From assembly GCA_951406725.2 (NCBI GenBank), contig OX597817.1, positions 125,736,001 to 125,800,000 on the forward strand: 64,000 nt of DNA, given 5' to 3'. Shown here in pieces: positions 40,367-52,993 of the stretch. Source of the DNA: Octopus vulgaris. Lineage: Eukaryota. The position numbers and the translations under genes were made by a program. Within the stretch, counting starts at the first letter, position 1, and the number at the start of each line of letters is the position of its first letter. The notes beneath the pieces are model-generated. The model saw nothing but the letters and a program-made list of their open reading frames with translations, was not told where the DNA came from and made no database searches.

Positions 40367-41504
40367 AAAATTTATCATTTATATATCCCTACACATTAAG
40401 ATTGAAGTTTCAGACGCGCTTGCAACCGCTCACCCACTTTTATATAACCATATATATAGTGACGTTTATACATATAAATACACCGTTTATCTGTATGATA
40501 TTAAGGATATTATTATCACATATATTTTCGGAGACATTTAGATAATGCCGATTACACCACTCATTATTTAGAAAAATAACATGACTTCAAGAGCTAGCAA
40601 ATACATATATATTTTTCTTGTATTCAATAAGTACACTTAATATATGATTATTCCCGTTCTATAAACACAATCCTTTCTGCGCTTAATTAAAATTAAATAC
40701 ATCAAGATGGCAAAAAATATATATATATATTCTAATGTGTTCCAGATTGTATATGAAACTACAATATAAAGAAAAGCTAATTAAAGGTTTTCTTTAAGGA
40801 ATTATCCGCTCAACAAGGGGAAATTTGGTAAAAAATGAATACATACATACACACATGCATACATACACATACGAAAATCTTTACACTTTTAAAAAGTTGA
40901 TAACACTTATATATCATCGCATTATTATTTTAATCAATAGATATTATGACAGAAGGCAGGAGATATTTAACCTTAATTGATCCTGCACATATAAAAATAG
41001 GAATCGAAATGAAAGACAATTTTGCGAGGAGTTTCAAAGCGCGTCACACAAGCGACTAACCATCACTTAAATTAAAGATAAAGTCGAAACAGATGGAAGT
41101 GTTCAGAATCTACGCAAGAAGGATTTCCGAAGAATGAGGACATCGTAAGCCCTAAGTAATAGGAAAATTTAATTGAAGCGTATTGCCTGAGCTCAAGATA
41201 ATCTTGAGATAGGAATTTTAAAATGAAACGTCCATCAAAGTTTTTATTTTTTAATAGATGTAATAACATTTTTAGTTTTAATAAAAGCTAATATTTTCTA
41301 AATTTAAATGTATTTGAGATATTATACTTAGCTGCAATATTTTAAGTAAAAATGTTCTTGTTCTGTACTTTACCAGATGTAATAAGTTGTCCTGAACATT
41401 TCCAGGTTCATAATCTTAAGAATCTTATTTCTCTTGCTCGAATTTTTCTATGAAATATATATATATATGTATATGTATATATATCTATGTATCTATCTGT
41501 ATAC

Positions 41505-41565
<61 letters not shown>

Positions 41566-42627
41566 GTATCTATCTATATACATACCTGTACACTCACATA
41601 CATAGATATGTGCGTGTGTGTGTGTGTGTGAGCGTGTGTGGTCTGTGTGGTTGTGCATGTATGCATATTAGTGACCTGTCTCTTTTATTATTTTGATTCA
41701 TTATTTAGATTTTACGAGGTGCTCTCTATGAAATGCGTAGAAAACTTATGCAAGCGGTGCTTATCATTACCACCAACTCCTCTACTACCATTATCACTGA
41801 TTGTACTTATGCATAAGGGAACATATGAACGCAGCAGCTTCGTCTATTAAATGGCACTTGACAGCTGCCAGAATATAGAAATTATGGATTTTATTCTGGC
41901 CTTCGATTGAAGGTTATGAAAGAAGTAATATTTATTAGGATTTCTGAAAGAGCAGATTAGCAATCACCACGAACTCGTCTGTCAACAGTTTATTATTGCA
42001 TGACTTGAATATCACAGACATCGTATCTTCGCCACATTATTCCTCTCTGCGTTCGCTTTAGTGTAATCACCAGTATATAAGGTGTCCCGAACGACATGTA
42101 TTTGTCATACTGATGTCATTACAGTAATGTCATTGGTTTAAAAGTATACATCAATATATATGTTTGTGTATGTGCTCCATCTGTATATACATGTGCTATG
42201 AATGTGTGCATGTGTGTCTTTTAATCTCGTATATTTAGGTGTTCATAGCTCGCTTCCCACTTAAAAATTATTCCGGTTCATGATGAGGTCTTTTTCAGTG
42301 GAAATATCGAATAAATGTATTCCCCATTCCGAAACAAACATTGCATTGCAAGTGGATTTTAATATATTTCTCTTTACATATAACAGAATCACGTGTTGAG
42401 TTTATAGATCAGTACTAAACTATAAATAATGTGCAGGATCCTGTAATAGCTGGAGTCCCATAGCCGATTACCCACTTGATAAAAAGAACAACTAGAGCTT
42501 TCTTAAAAACAGACGATCGTCTCAAAAGTATTATTCATTAATTACTACATTCGTAGAGGGACTATGTCTGAAAAGATGATAATAAAATTCCAATTTCAGA
42601 TCACAGATCAAATCGAATATACCCGTA

Positions 42628-42694
42628 CAGCAGCAGCAAGAGTAGCAGCAGCAGCAACAACAGCAGCAGTAGCAACAATAACAACAACAACAAC
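42628..42694. repeat. (CAG/CAA)n microsatellite
   Basis: Directly visible. Confidence 0.9.
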
Positions 42695-43516
42695 TGTGTA
42701 TCTTTAAAATTACTCCGGCTATATAGATGAACGTCTTCGCTCTTATATCATGTAGTAAGCTAATTTCTCGCGATAAAATTGATAGTTTAAGAAGACGAGG
42801 AACGTGTGAATTAAACTCTTCTGCCGACAAACAAGTGAAAACTGCGGTGTGATTACTCGGCTCATCTTTTACAGTGTGGCAAAATTATGTGTTTCTGAAC
42901 TATGCATATTTCAAAGTATACATTACAGTAAACAATAACCTTTCTTTGGTTTACCTTAGTAGAAATAAGTATAAACAAATAATCTTTCCGTGAAAAGAAG
43001 GGTATTTTTTCTTTGATAAATCAGTGACAACGATAGAAACTCATTACAATAAGTCATTTTATTACTCACAGTGTAGTAATCCCTGTGGCTTAATGGTAGT
43101 TAAATATTCGCGATAGTATTGCACAATACTAGTCTCGTTAGAGCCTGCGATAAAATATTTTCTGGTATTCGCAGAGGCAATTTGCATTCTGCTGTCAAAT
43201 CCAACCGTTTTCGATTTTTGCATTTGTACACTCAAGGTCTGATAAAATAAAGTAGCGATCACATACTGGCGCGATGTAATTGATTGGCATCTCTACACAG
43301 ATTTTTGACATTGTGCTTTTAAGAGAGACAATTTTCACAGTAAGGAGAAATTGCGTGTGTATTGCAAAAGCGCAACGTAGATTTCATATATCAGCTTGTG
43401 CATGGCCAAGTGCTTAAAAAATTCAGTTTACAAGGAAAACCGGAATCCATCACACAGCGTCGATCCAAGGCCTTATATATATATATACAGGGTCGTTGTT
43501 TATTTATAATGCATTC

Positions 43517-43564
43517 AGGCCTGCTGATGAGTACGTAAGTATGAAATCACTGTGATACAGGTCT
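43517..43564 (+). ncRNA. Type I hammerhead ribozyme with a complete canonical core
   Basis: AGGCCUG-CUGAUGA-GUAC(GUAA)GUAU-GAA-AUCA(CUG)UGAU-A-CAGGUCU; 7-bp stem I, GNRA-capped stem II, 4-bp stem III, predicted cleavage after AUA at 43557. Confidence 0.85.
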
Positions 43565-43702
43565 ATATTTTTTTAAATGTCTTACTTTGAAAAATTGCAT
43601 TCGGTGGGATTAGTAATATTTTTGGTAGAAATGACTAATTGTCCCTCTTAGCGTTTGGCACGTATGTATAATGCCTTCTGGCATGTATGTATAATTCCCT
43701 CT

Positions 43703-43847
<145 letters not shown>

Positions 43848-43874
43848 GGTCCGGAAAAAGCCGAATACCGGGCT

Positions 43875-43918
43875 GACTTATCTGATGATGGCACCGGGAA
43901 TTGCCGAAAGTGAAGTTT
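43875..43918 (+). ncRNA. Degenerate hammerhead-like motif
   Basis: GACUUAU-CUGAUGA-U-GGCA(CCGGGAAU)UGCC-GAAA-GUG-AAGUU; core and stem II intact, cleavage-site region decayed. Confidence 0.5.
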
Positions 43919-44304
43919 GTCTTTCTCAACGATATTTTCGGACAGTTATAGTCTTTATTAGTGTATGTTTTCATTCATGCGCGTTAACTACAGAATTAGA
44001 ACATTTTATAACTCATTTCTAGCAATATAGGTGTTTTTGTATACCCTAGTCACATTTAGAGGCAATTATGATTGTCCTTTTTGGTGAAACAGTACAGCCT
44101 GCTTTTTATATGAATTTTGTGTATGCACATTAGCGAATCCTTAAATTATCTACTAATTTAGATGACGAAAACATATACACTAATAGAGAAAGTGGCCAGA
44201 AAAAAAAACGAACAACACACTGGCTTAACTGATGATAACAGCTGAAACTGAAGCTCACGGCGAGAAATGGAAGAAAATTTGAAGAAAGAAGGAAAAAAAT
44301 AATA

Positions 44305-44449
44305 GTAATAATAACAACATCGAAAAATACCTTAGGATTGAGTACCCAGGTTCGAAATTTCCCCAAGACACCTGTAACAGTCGAAACGTTGTGTTAACTG
44401 CAAACAAGATGAGGACAAATATCCGTCAAATGTAAATAATATAAATAAT
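44305..44449 (+). mobile_element. Third copy of the 34.8-kb PLE terminal repeat with the hammerhead core partly deleted
   Basis: Collinear with 34758-34910; gacacctg then taacagtc then gaaacgttgtgtt (44367-44395). Confidence 0.85.
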
Positions 44450-44550
44450 TTACAAATAGTAAGTCTTGGGGTCGATTTCTTTGAGTAAAAACCCTTTATA
44501 GCGGTACTCCGGCTTGGCCGCAGTCAAATGACTAAAAAGGTAAACGAATA

Positions 44551-44593
<43 letters not shown>

Positions 44594-44659
44594 CGAGAGA
44601 GAGAGTGGGAGAGAGAGATACGCTGTGTAGAGTTTACTCAACCTATAATTAGTAAAAAT

Positions 44660-45120
44660 ATGTATTTACAAAAATGGGAAAAGATCTTCACCTCAAAAGA
44701 CAGAATATTACACCTAAAGTTGAGGCTGATAAAATCTTATATTACGCCACATCCCCAATATGGGGCAGAAACTTTGACAATCTTTTGAGCAGTTATATTT
44801 TAACTGTCTTGAATCCTTGATGCTTTCACTTGTTCTAGTTTATATCCATCTACCGTTATATTTGCTTCCTATTGTTCTGTTATAGCAACAATTATTATCT
44901 TTGTATTTAATACATTCATATTAAACCTTTCTTGAAACTATGCTCATTCACTGAATCAGCAGTATCTTGTAATGTCTTATTCTTCTCTGCCAATTACGCT
45001 GTATCATGATTGACATATCGTACACTGATTATATACACGCAATTGACAGTGAGTTAAATTTTACTCATTTGACTAAGTTTTTCAAGATATAGTTGTGTAG
45101 CAATATATATTTGTAATGTA
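44660..45120 (-). mobile_element. Very degenerate RTE-like LINE RT fragment
   Basis: Minus strand reads DTA*LAEKNKTLQDTADSVNEHSFKKGL..NVLNTKIIIV, resembling the region after YADD in RTE RTs. Confidence 0.4.
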
Positions 45121-46218
45121 CTGTAATTAATAATTCAACTCTATCCATTCTCTAAAAAATGCCCTACCGCTAAACCCAGAGAACACTATCAGAAAGAAAT
45201 TTGGCGGATAGCGAAAAAAGGATTGAATGCAGTTTAATTGGTTTGTATTTTACATTAGAATTCCATTATGAATGACGTTATTCTTCATCTTTCTGGGATT
45301 GACATAATAAGAACAAGTAATGAACAAGAGACAATTCAATGAACTTGTATGTTTTGTCATATAATGTGCTTTACACAATACAAACAAGAAAAATCAACGT
45401 TATCAAAATACATCCAACTTCATTGATTGGTTCAATTGTTTAGTGACTGTATGGAATAAGTTATGGAATTGAAGACACATCCAAACCACAAATAGCTTGA
45501 GTTGTTTTATTGGATAATATCTTATGCCTACATCTATAAATTTCGCTTTGCAAATAATAATATTAGATACTGGTAGAAAACACTTTTGGACAGTTGTCAT
45601 TCTCTCTTCTAATACCGTTCAGAACAAACAGTAACACAAGTAGCCAAAGGCTAGAACAAAGAATGGAATTTATCTGGAAATTAAGATGGTGAGTGGAGAG
45701 GTAATAAAGTAATATCAAGTTAATAATAATCTATTTTTCTTTTGTAAGCAATAATTGCCATATATCATCTTGACTTGCCTCCAAATATCAACAAAGCTGT
45801 GCCACAAGACAATTCGTTTCTTCAATAACACTTTCATGTAAATATATCTGTCAACTATATGCAGTCACATTGGTTCCAAGGAAACCTTTTATTTTTTTTC
45901 CTTGCTTCCTCCTTCTCAAGTGGTTTGAAGAGATAAAAGATGATATCACTAAAGGCAAAGCGATGAAGATACACATACATACACACATGTACGCACACAC
46001 ACATACACATGCACATGCAAGCACACTTACTCATACACGCACACATACATTTGTATATGTTCATATATGTATGCATTTATTTATTCATATATGTTCATAC
46101 ATACGTGCATGCAGACAAATATACACACATATCTATGTATAAATACACACATATATACATATATATATAGATAGATACATATACATACATACATACATAT
46201 ATAGATAGATAGATACAT

Positions 46219-46283
<65 letters not shown>

Positions 46284-47215
46284 TGTATATATCGTTCGAG
46301 GATCGGAAGAAGAATCTATGCTTAAAGTAATTGTATGCTAAATAAATTAAGCCAAGGAGCGTATGACTCGAGAACCATGTTTCCAAGTTTTACGTCTTCG
46401 TAATCTTCGTACACTTAGATAACCTATGTACATTTGCATAATATCGCTATCAGAATAAATCGCTTTGCTAATGTTTCTTTTTATTCTAGCAGACATACTT
46501 CCATATCTTAGATATATATTCATTTTCATCTATACCGAAATCTTGATCGAATTAATTTACCTTTCTGTTCCCTTCCTGAGATTGGCGGCGATCGTCTATT
46601 TCATTCAGTTTGTTCAAGTCCCGTAAGAATAAGTTCATATTCGTTCTATATAAGTTTCCCGAACAAAGTTTATATTCAAGTTAGTATTAATATATTTAAT
46701 GCAAGGAATATATTAAATCGCTAACTAGAGATATTTATGAGGCGATGGGGTAAAAAGGGAATAATAATAAATAAGTGATAACGTTTTATTTATTTTGGCA
46801 AATAAAAGACGAGTGTTCTATACATTTCGATATTAATATGAATTCATAAGTGAAGCACAGACTTGTTGAAGTAGTGATACGAAACTCTCTAAATGAATCT
46901 ATAATTCTTTGAGACTAAATCTGGATTAAACCGATTCCTTATCAGATTGTTATTTAATGTAACTTTCTAATTTATTGCATGCAAATGATATTTCTAATAC
47001 TCACACAACTACACATAAAAGCATGCAAATATGTGTGTTGATGGTTAACACGTATTTTCTTGTGGTGCTGGTGTGTGTGTGGGGGAGGGACAGAAGCCAA
47101 AAGAGTACTACGACTTAACAAGATAGCTCCCTCGCTTTAAGAGATATGCATATCAGTTACTGCTAATCCTTCCATGGTTTCAACCAAGAACCGAAAAAAA
47201 ATAAATCTTATATAT

Positions 47216-47275
<60 letters not shown>

Positions 47276-47316
47276 AAATATATATCTGTAAATATAATGT
47301 ATGGCAATTATACGGT

Positions 47317-47388
47317 AGCCATGATAACACTCCGAGTTTCGGATGTCGGGTCGAAAACCCAAGCCGACATCTCTTCAGTTATCGGGCC
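47317..47388 (-). ncRNA. Type I hammerhead motif (GUG triplet, probably inactive)
   Basis: Minus strand: GAUAA-CUGAAGA-GAUGUCGG(...)CCGACAUC-C-GAAA-CUCGGAG-UG-UUAUC. Confidence 0.75.
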
Positions 47389-48120
47389 ATCGAAAAAAAT
47401 GCTATGGAAATTACCGATAAACAAAGGTAAATTCAGACCGTTATTAAGACAAAAGAGCTATTAGAATGACCATTAAGGGGAAGAAGTAAAGGTAAGAGAA
47501 TAAAAATGGTCATAGTATTTGCTTAAGCGCGTATGTACATACATACACATGCGCGCTCGCACACCTACGTACATGCGCCTATAAGTATATACTCATCCAC
47601 CCTCACTTGAAACACACACATACTCATCCACCCAATCGCCCAAAAAGATATACATACCCTCATACACGCGCACACACACATACACACACACGTACAAAAA
47701 AGTTAATACACACGTCTATATACGCACATGCACAAGAAAGAACAAGGCTAAAGGCACGCACACACACACACGTCTATATACGCGCATTCCTACACACGTC
47801 TTTATTCGCACATACACACACACACGTACAAGAAAACGTCATACACACATCTATATGCGCACATGCACAAGAGAAAACAGAGCTAAAGGCGGAATACAGA
47901 AAAATGTGTAAAAAAAATGTAACAAATAAGCAATAAGACTAAAACATGTCTTTATACGCACGTACCCGCACACGCACACATCTACACGCGCGCACAAAAT
48001 ATTCTTTATACACGTCTATATACGCACAGGAAAAATGCAGGATAGAAGGTAGAAAAGAGAAAAAACATGTGTAAAATATATATGCGCAGGAGTGGCTCTG
48101 TGGCAAGTAGCTTGCTTACC

Positions 48121-48375
48121 AAATGGATAATGCCATTCTTAAACCGATCATGTGCTGGTCCATTGGTATTTGTGGTTAAGGCGAGGGCATCATCTTTGTA
48201 AATGGCGAAGTATACGTCAGGAAAAGCCTTGCCTAACGTATCGAGTAGAAATAGCCCAATAAGATTTCATATGCCTGCTCCATCATAAAACACCATTCTC
48301 ACATCGAAAGTATCCACTGTATCAGTAGTCGTGACCCACTCTGTGTTCCGCTGAAGAGTAAAGTCTTTCTATCAT
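48121..48375 (-). pseudogene. Penelope-like reverse transcriptase fragment
   Basis: RKTLLF...WV...TFDVRMVFYDGAGI*NLIGLFLLDTLGKAFPDVYFAIYKDDALAL...GPAHDRFKNGII, a decayed FDVTMGSYDGAEVCELVG...YRDD signature of PLE RTs. Confidence 0.85.
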
Positions 48376-48425
48376 GGAAAGACATAATCTTCCATGTTTA
48401 ACGGTCATTTCCATAGCATTTCGAT

Positions 48426-48497
48426 GGCCTGATAGCTGAAGAGATGTCGGCGTGGGTTTCCACCTCGACATCCGAAACTCGGAGTTCTATCATGGCT
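48426..48497 (+). ncRNA. Type I hammerhead ribozyme motif
   Basis: UGAUAG-CUGAAGA-GAUGUCG(...)CGACAUC-C-GAAA-CUCGGAG-UU-CUAUCA; predicted cleavage after GUU at 48486. Confidence 0.8.
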
Positions 48498-48578
48498 ACC
48501 CTATAATTTTTACGTATTATACTTATATAATATCTAGGTCTCTTTCATTCTTTTGTTGTCTTACCATTTCTATCAATT

Positions 48579-48621
<43 letters not shown>

Positions 48622-48731
48622 CACCGTGACCGACCAGGTTATCAGATGTTGTTACATATCGCTGGTCACAATTTGCTTCGCATTGTTTTAGCCTTCACAT
48701 GACGCCACCCCGCTGGCTAAGTGAGCAGGCC

Positions 48732-48797
<66 letters not shown>

Positions 48798-48963
48798 CAA
48801 ATAATGACCTTAGCTACTTCAATAAGGCGTGTTCCGTTCGGATGGACTTACCTGCGATTTTTAACACGAAGAGGTCGTCTCACTTATATGGAAAACTATG
48901 CACAACTGTATCTGCTATATTCCGAGCAAGAGAAGGAACCCCTACCGCCTTCTAGCGATGAGA

Positions 48964-49013
48964 CCAGCATTCCAGCCTGGTTTCGGGCTATTTCTGCATC
49001 TCTTCAGTATTAG
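48964..49013 (-). ncRNA. Degenerate hammerhead-like motif
   Basis: Minus strand: CUAAUA-CUGAAGA-...CCC-GAAA-CCAG(G)CUGG-AA-UGCUGG; U16.1 lost. Confidence 0.5.
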
Positions 49014-49228
49014 ACACCTCGTGAGAGATGAGATGGCAGGAGTTAAAAAATCCCAGTAAAGTCCGTTCGAAGTGGCTACATAAATTACTTGGTAGTACAA
49101 ATACTGCGATTAAAACAGATTTTAGAACTAGCTTTTAGCTTGTTGCAAAATCAGTGACTGCGTGTCACTTGAATTTATTTATAGTGCGAGTAGAAACGAA
49201 CTACTGCTATCTCTAGCAGACAATGTGT

Positions 49229-49278
49229 CCAGGACTGAAGACAGGAAGAAATATCCCGAAAGGAGGCGAGTATCCTGG
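49229..49278 (+). ncRNA. Degenerate hammerhead-like motif
   Basis: CCAGGA-CUGAAGA-CAGG(AAGAAAUAU)CCC-GAAA-GGAGGCGAG-UA-UCCUGG; perfect 6-bp stem I and GUA triplet, stem III decayed. Confidence 0.6.
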
Positions 49279-50600
49279 CTCCGTCGCTAGAAAGTGGTAG
49301 GGATTCGTTTTCTTGCTCACGATATATCGGATGTAGCTATGCATCGGTAATCAGTTAGGAGAGATGTCTTCTCGGAATTAAAAAACCCAGTAAATTCCCT
49401 TCGAACGGAACAGCTATGTTGAAGTGGCTACAAATATTACTTGCTAGTACAAGTACAGTGGTAGATTCGGAATGTTCGTATTTTAAAACCGCGAGGGCGT
49501 GGATTAATTTTTATTTATTTATTTATTTATTTACCTTTTTTTGCATAATCGTATTAATTCAATTATGTCGAAAGCAGAATCGAAAAACTTTGTAAAAATT
49601 GATAAGAATAAAAAGTTATGAGGGGTTTTAAAACGTGCTTACATCATAACTCCACCCAAAACTCTTATTTACGTGTTGATTCTTTGGGACGAATCATATA
49701 TGATTGTTTCATAAGGGCTAGAACGACAACGTTAAAACGTATTTGAGACAATGGACAACAGTCGAAATATCATAACAGATGGGTAAATAAGTATCCTTAA
49801 AGTGAAGCAACGCATTTGTAGGTCAACAGAGGTATCATAAAATAGAAGAGAGGGCGGGTAACATCATCTTTCAAGTAACTGAGAATAGATAAAGGTAAGC
49901 TTGCCAAAGTTTAATGCAGTTTAAATATGGGGATTGGGGATTGTTTGGTATTGGATATTCATCGCGTAAGGTGTTTCTAGTCAATTTAATAAACGTCGCA
50001 GGTGGACAGTCGAAATAAATAAATCCTTTGACTTTTATAAAACTATTAAAAACGTATCGAAGACCCTACATACATATAGCTATGTCCATTTACGTCCAAA
50101 ATGTTGTAGTGCATGACCATCCTTGAGACGTACGTAATGTGTGAGTAAAGGTTGGTGAAAATCTGTTGAGAATCGGGAAAATGCATGCGTTAGTCATTAT
50201 ACACACAGATACTGCAATTTATATGTACTATATATATATAACAGTTTGAACAAAACACAAAATATGCATAGGATAATCATATTTTAATCGTAAGGAAATA
50301 AATTGATAAGTTGTTCCATGCTTTTGCGCCTACGTTACGTTTCGGCCAATTTTTGACCATATTTCACTTTAAACTGCATTATCAGGTTATTCAACAATGG
50401 CCGCTTCTGCGCATATTTGGCTGCTATTCATTTTTAAGTTCTCTCGAATGGACACTTCATTCTGACATGCCTTTTGTTTTACACGTTTTGTGCCCACATA
50501 AATATATATATACTCGTACAGGTGTAAGTATGTACATATACGTATGTATATATGCACATATATATATGTATATATATATTTATATGTATATTATATATAT

Positions 50601-50653
<53 letters not shown>

Positions 50654-51018
50654 TATACATATATAAATATATTATATGATTGAATGCCACGCTCATCATC
50701 CAAGTATGTTTTATCTTAATAATTCTGATGCGCACCCTACTCTCCTTTTACTCTTTCATTTTTCCCTTTTTCGCTCTCTTATTGTTTTTACATCCTCTTC
50801 TCTTTATTACTATTTCGGTTTTTCTCTCTTCCTGTCTCCCTTTTCCCCCTTTTCTCACTTATCCTATTTCCAATTTTTTCCTCTGCCCTTCACAGATCTC
50901 TGACTGTCAATCTCTCTCCCTCACTCTTACACCCTTGCTCACGTGTGACTGAACGCCACGCGTCCTCTTCCAAGTAACTTTTATATATATACACTCATAT
51001 ATGTATGTATATATATAC

Positions 51019-51070
<52 letters not shown>

Positions 51071-52889
51071 ATGTATATGTACTACTTTACAATACTTTTC
51101 TCGTTGGATTGCGTGTTCGTTTCTAATTTTGCCATCTGCGATTTTATTTCCAGTCCTGCCCAACGCGGCATGGCCAGGCAGTATGTCTGTTTTATATATC
51201 ATCCATGTGTGAACTATATAATCCAAAATGTTCATACAACTCCTGGTGTGACATACACCCATTTCCGTTTGACCACGTGTCCACTTCCAGAAGCTACGAT
51301 CGTCATCAGCAATTAGTCCTCCACGGTATTCCATCCTTTGTTTAGTCGGACAAGTAAATACAGGTTGTCACGGAATTAATAACGATTTGAGTGAACTCGG
51401 ATATTCTTTTCAAGCTCACTTTTATTTATGTTTAGCATGGTTAATATGTGTTAAAAGTGTACAAATTTTGAATTTTGTTTATTATTTTATTTTTATTCCT
51501 GTTGGATCCCCCCTTATTTTTCCATGACAGCTTTCTTTCAATTGGCAGCAAACGCTTTCTTTACTTCCATCCCGAAGATGGAGCAATCATTTTGCTGAGT
51601 TTAAAGAAAACATTCAGTTAGCAGTGCAGGTGCTAATTCCTGAAATGCTTCAACATGTATTTCGCAACACTAAGGAGAGATTTGAAGAATAAAAGTTTGA
51701 CGTAAGGTTTATAAGTCTATTTGTTTTTGTAATAAACATAACATTCTGATAAAAATGAAGTGTGGAAATCTGTGCAAGGTAATATTGTCCCTTGCGTTCA
51801 TTTACTGATGAGTAGACTGTGCTTATTGTCAGCAGTGTGTAATGAAAGAAAATATTACAATTTTGAAGTGAGCGTCATCGAAATATTGCTACAAAGTACA
51901 CATTTATGTAAACGTAAACATAGTGCGATTTACTTAATTTTGTTCGATACCAACCTTGTCTGAGTTTAAAGAATCCAGATGGCAGTATTGCCTTTAATTT
52001 TTTCCCAGAGATAATATGAAAATTATAAACCTGAGCAAGTCCAAACCGAATGCAATGTTACTGAATTTCCGAAAACGGAGTACTTTGCATCATTTCTGCC
52101 ATTAAGCGATTCAGTATAAACTGTAAGTTTTAAGAGACTCGGTTCAATCGGTAATTGAAACGTTCTCGCAAAATTACGAAATTACAAGACGGTCGTTAAG
52201 CAGTCACTTGACCTTCAAGAATTAAAGATCAAACATTACTTCAATTAAACTTTAATATCATATAAAGGGATATATTTGAAAGTGTTTCCCAAGATGAACT
52301 ACGTCCGAAAATAGTCAAAATGACCAAAGGTAGGTTACCTTTGATTTTTTTTTATCTACATGATAGAGCAACTGGGAATAAATGCAGAACATTTTACCGT
52401 AAGATTACAACCACCTCACAATGTAAGAATTTGACGTCGTTGATCAGTGGGCCCATTAACTAAATTACGTGCTCCTGCATTGTTGCATAAGTGTATGACA
52501 CTGTCACTCTTAATGTAATTGTCAGTCAGAATTAAAGCGAAACAGTATGTGAGAATGTTGTGCATTTTGAATTACTAGTACAGTCCAAACTTCGGGCTTC
52601 TACGCGAAATAAATATAAAAAGCATAGGTGAAACCGTAGCTACAAATTGTTACACTTGTCATTGATTTAATGTTTCTGAAGTGGATGACTTTTCCATTCG
52701 GTCATACTGTGCCAATGTAATGTGAGTGTAATGTAAGTAAAAGCAAAGTACATATTATGGATGCACCTATTTTTAAATACTTCGAAACCTGGTGGTTCAA
52801 AAATAACCTCTTGATTTCACTGCATAGATAATTGGACAGCAGTCTTTTACTGTAAACGTTGAAAAGCCTGTTATGAATATATATAAATG

Positions 52890-52933
<44 letters not shown>

Positions 52934-52957
52934 TGTGTGTGTGTGTATGTATGTATG

Positions 52958-52993
<36 letters not shown>

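Larger units (their letters stand above)
47300..48505 (-). mobile_element. Deleted Penelope-like element: 3' terminal repeat, RT fragment and inverted 5' terminal repeat
   Basis: 47305-47423 is the reverse complement of 48393-48505; PLE RT fragment at 48121-48375; the middle (47520-48120) is AC-rich low-complexity DNA plus a SINE head remnant, so a single origin is inferred. Confidence 0.7.
48795..49460. mobile_element. Non-coding fold-back element with hammerhead-like motifs (probable PLE terminal repeats)
   Basis: 48795-49018 is an imperfect reverse complement of 49224-49448; 49022-49105 is a direct partial copy of 49359-49460. Confidence 0.7.

Noticed and set aside
42531-42830. Poly-Q or poly-C coding exon
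   Set aside because: CAG/CAA microsatellite with a TAG in the Q frame and no recognisable flanking protein sequence
42720-42890. Possible mariner N-terminal remnant
   Set aside because: Similarity too weak by eye and no TIR found
44230-44249. CTGATGA...GAAAC as an additional hammerhead
   Set aside because: No stem II pairing in taacagct and no clear stem I or cleavage triplet
47520-48080. ORF 47607..47936 and an apparent minisatellite
   Set aside because: Decayed AC-rich low-complexity DNA with a loose acacgtctatatacgc motif; no constant period or coding signal
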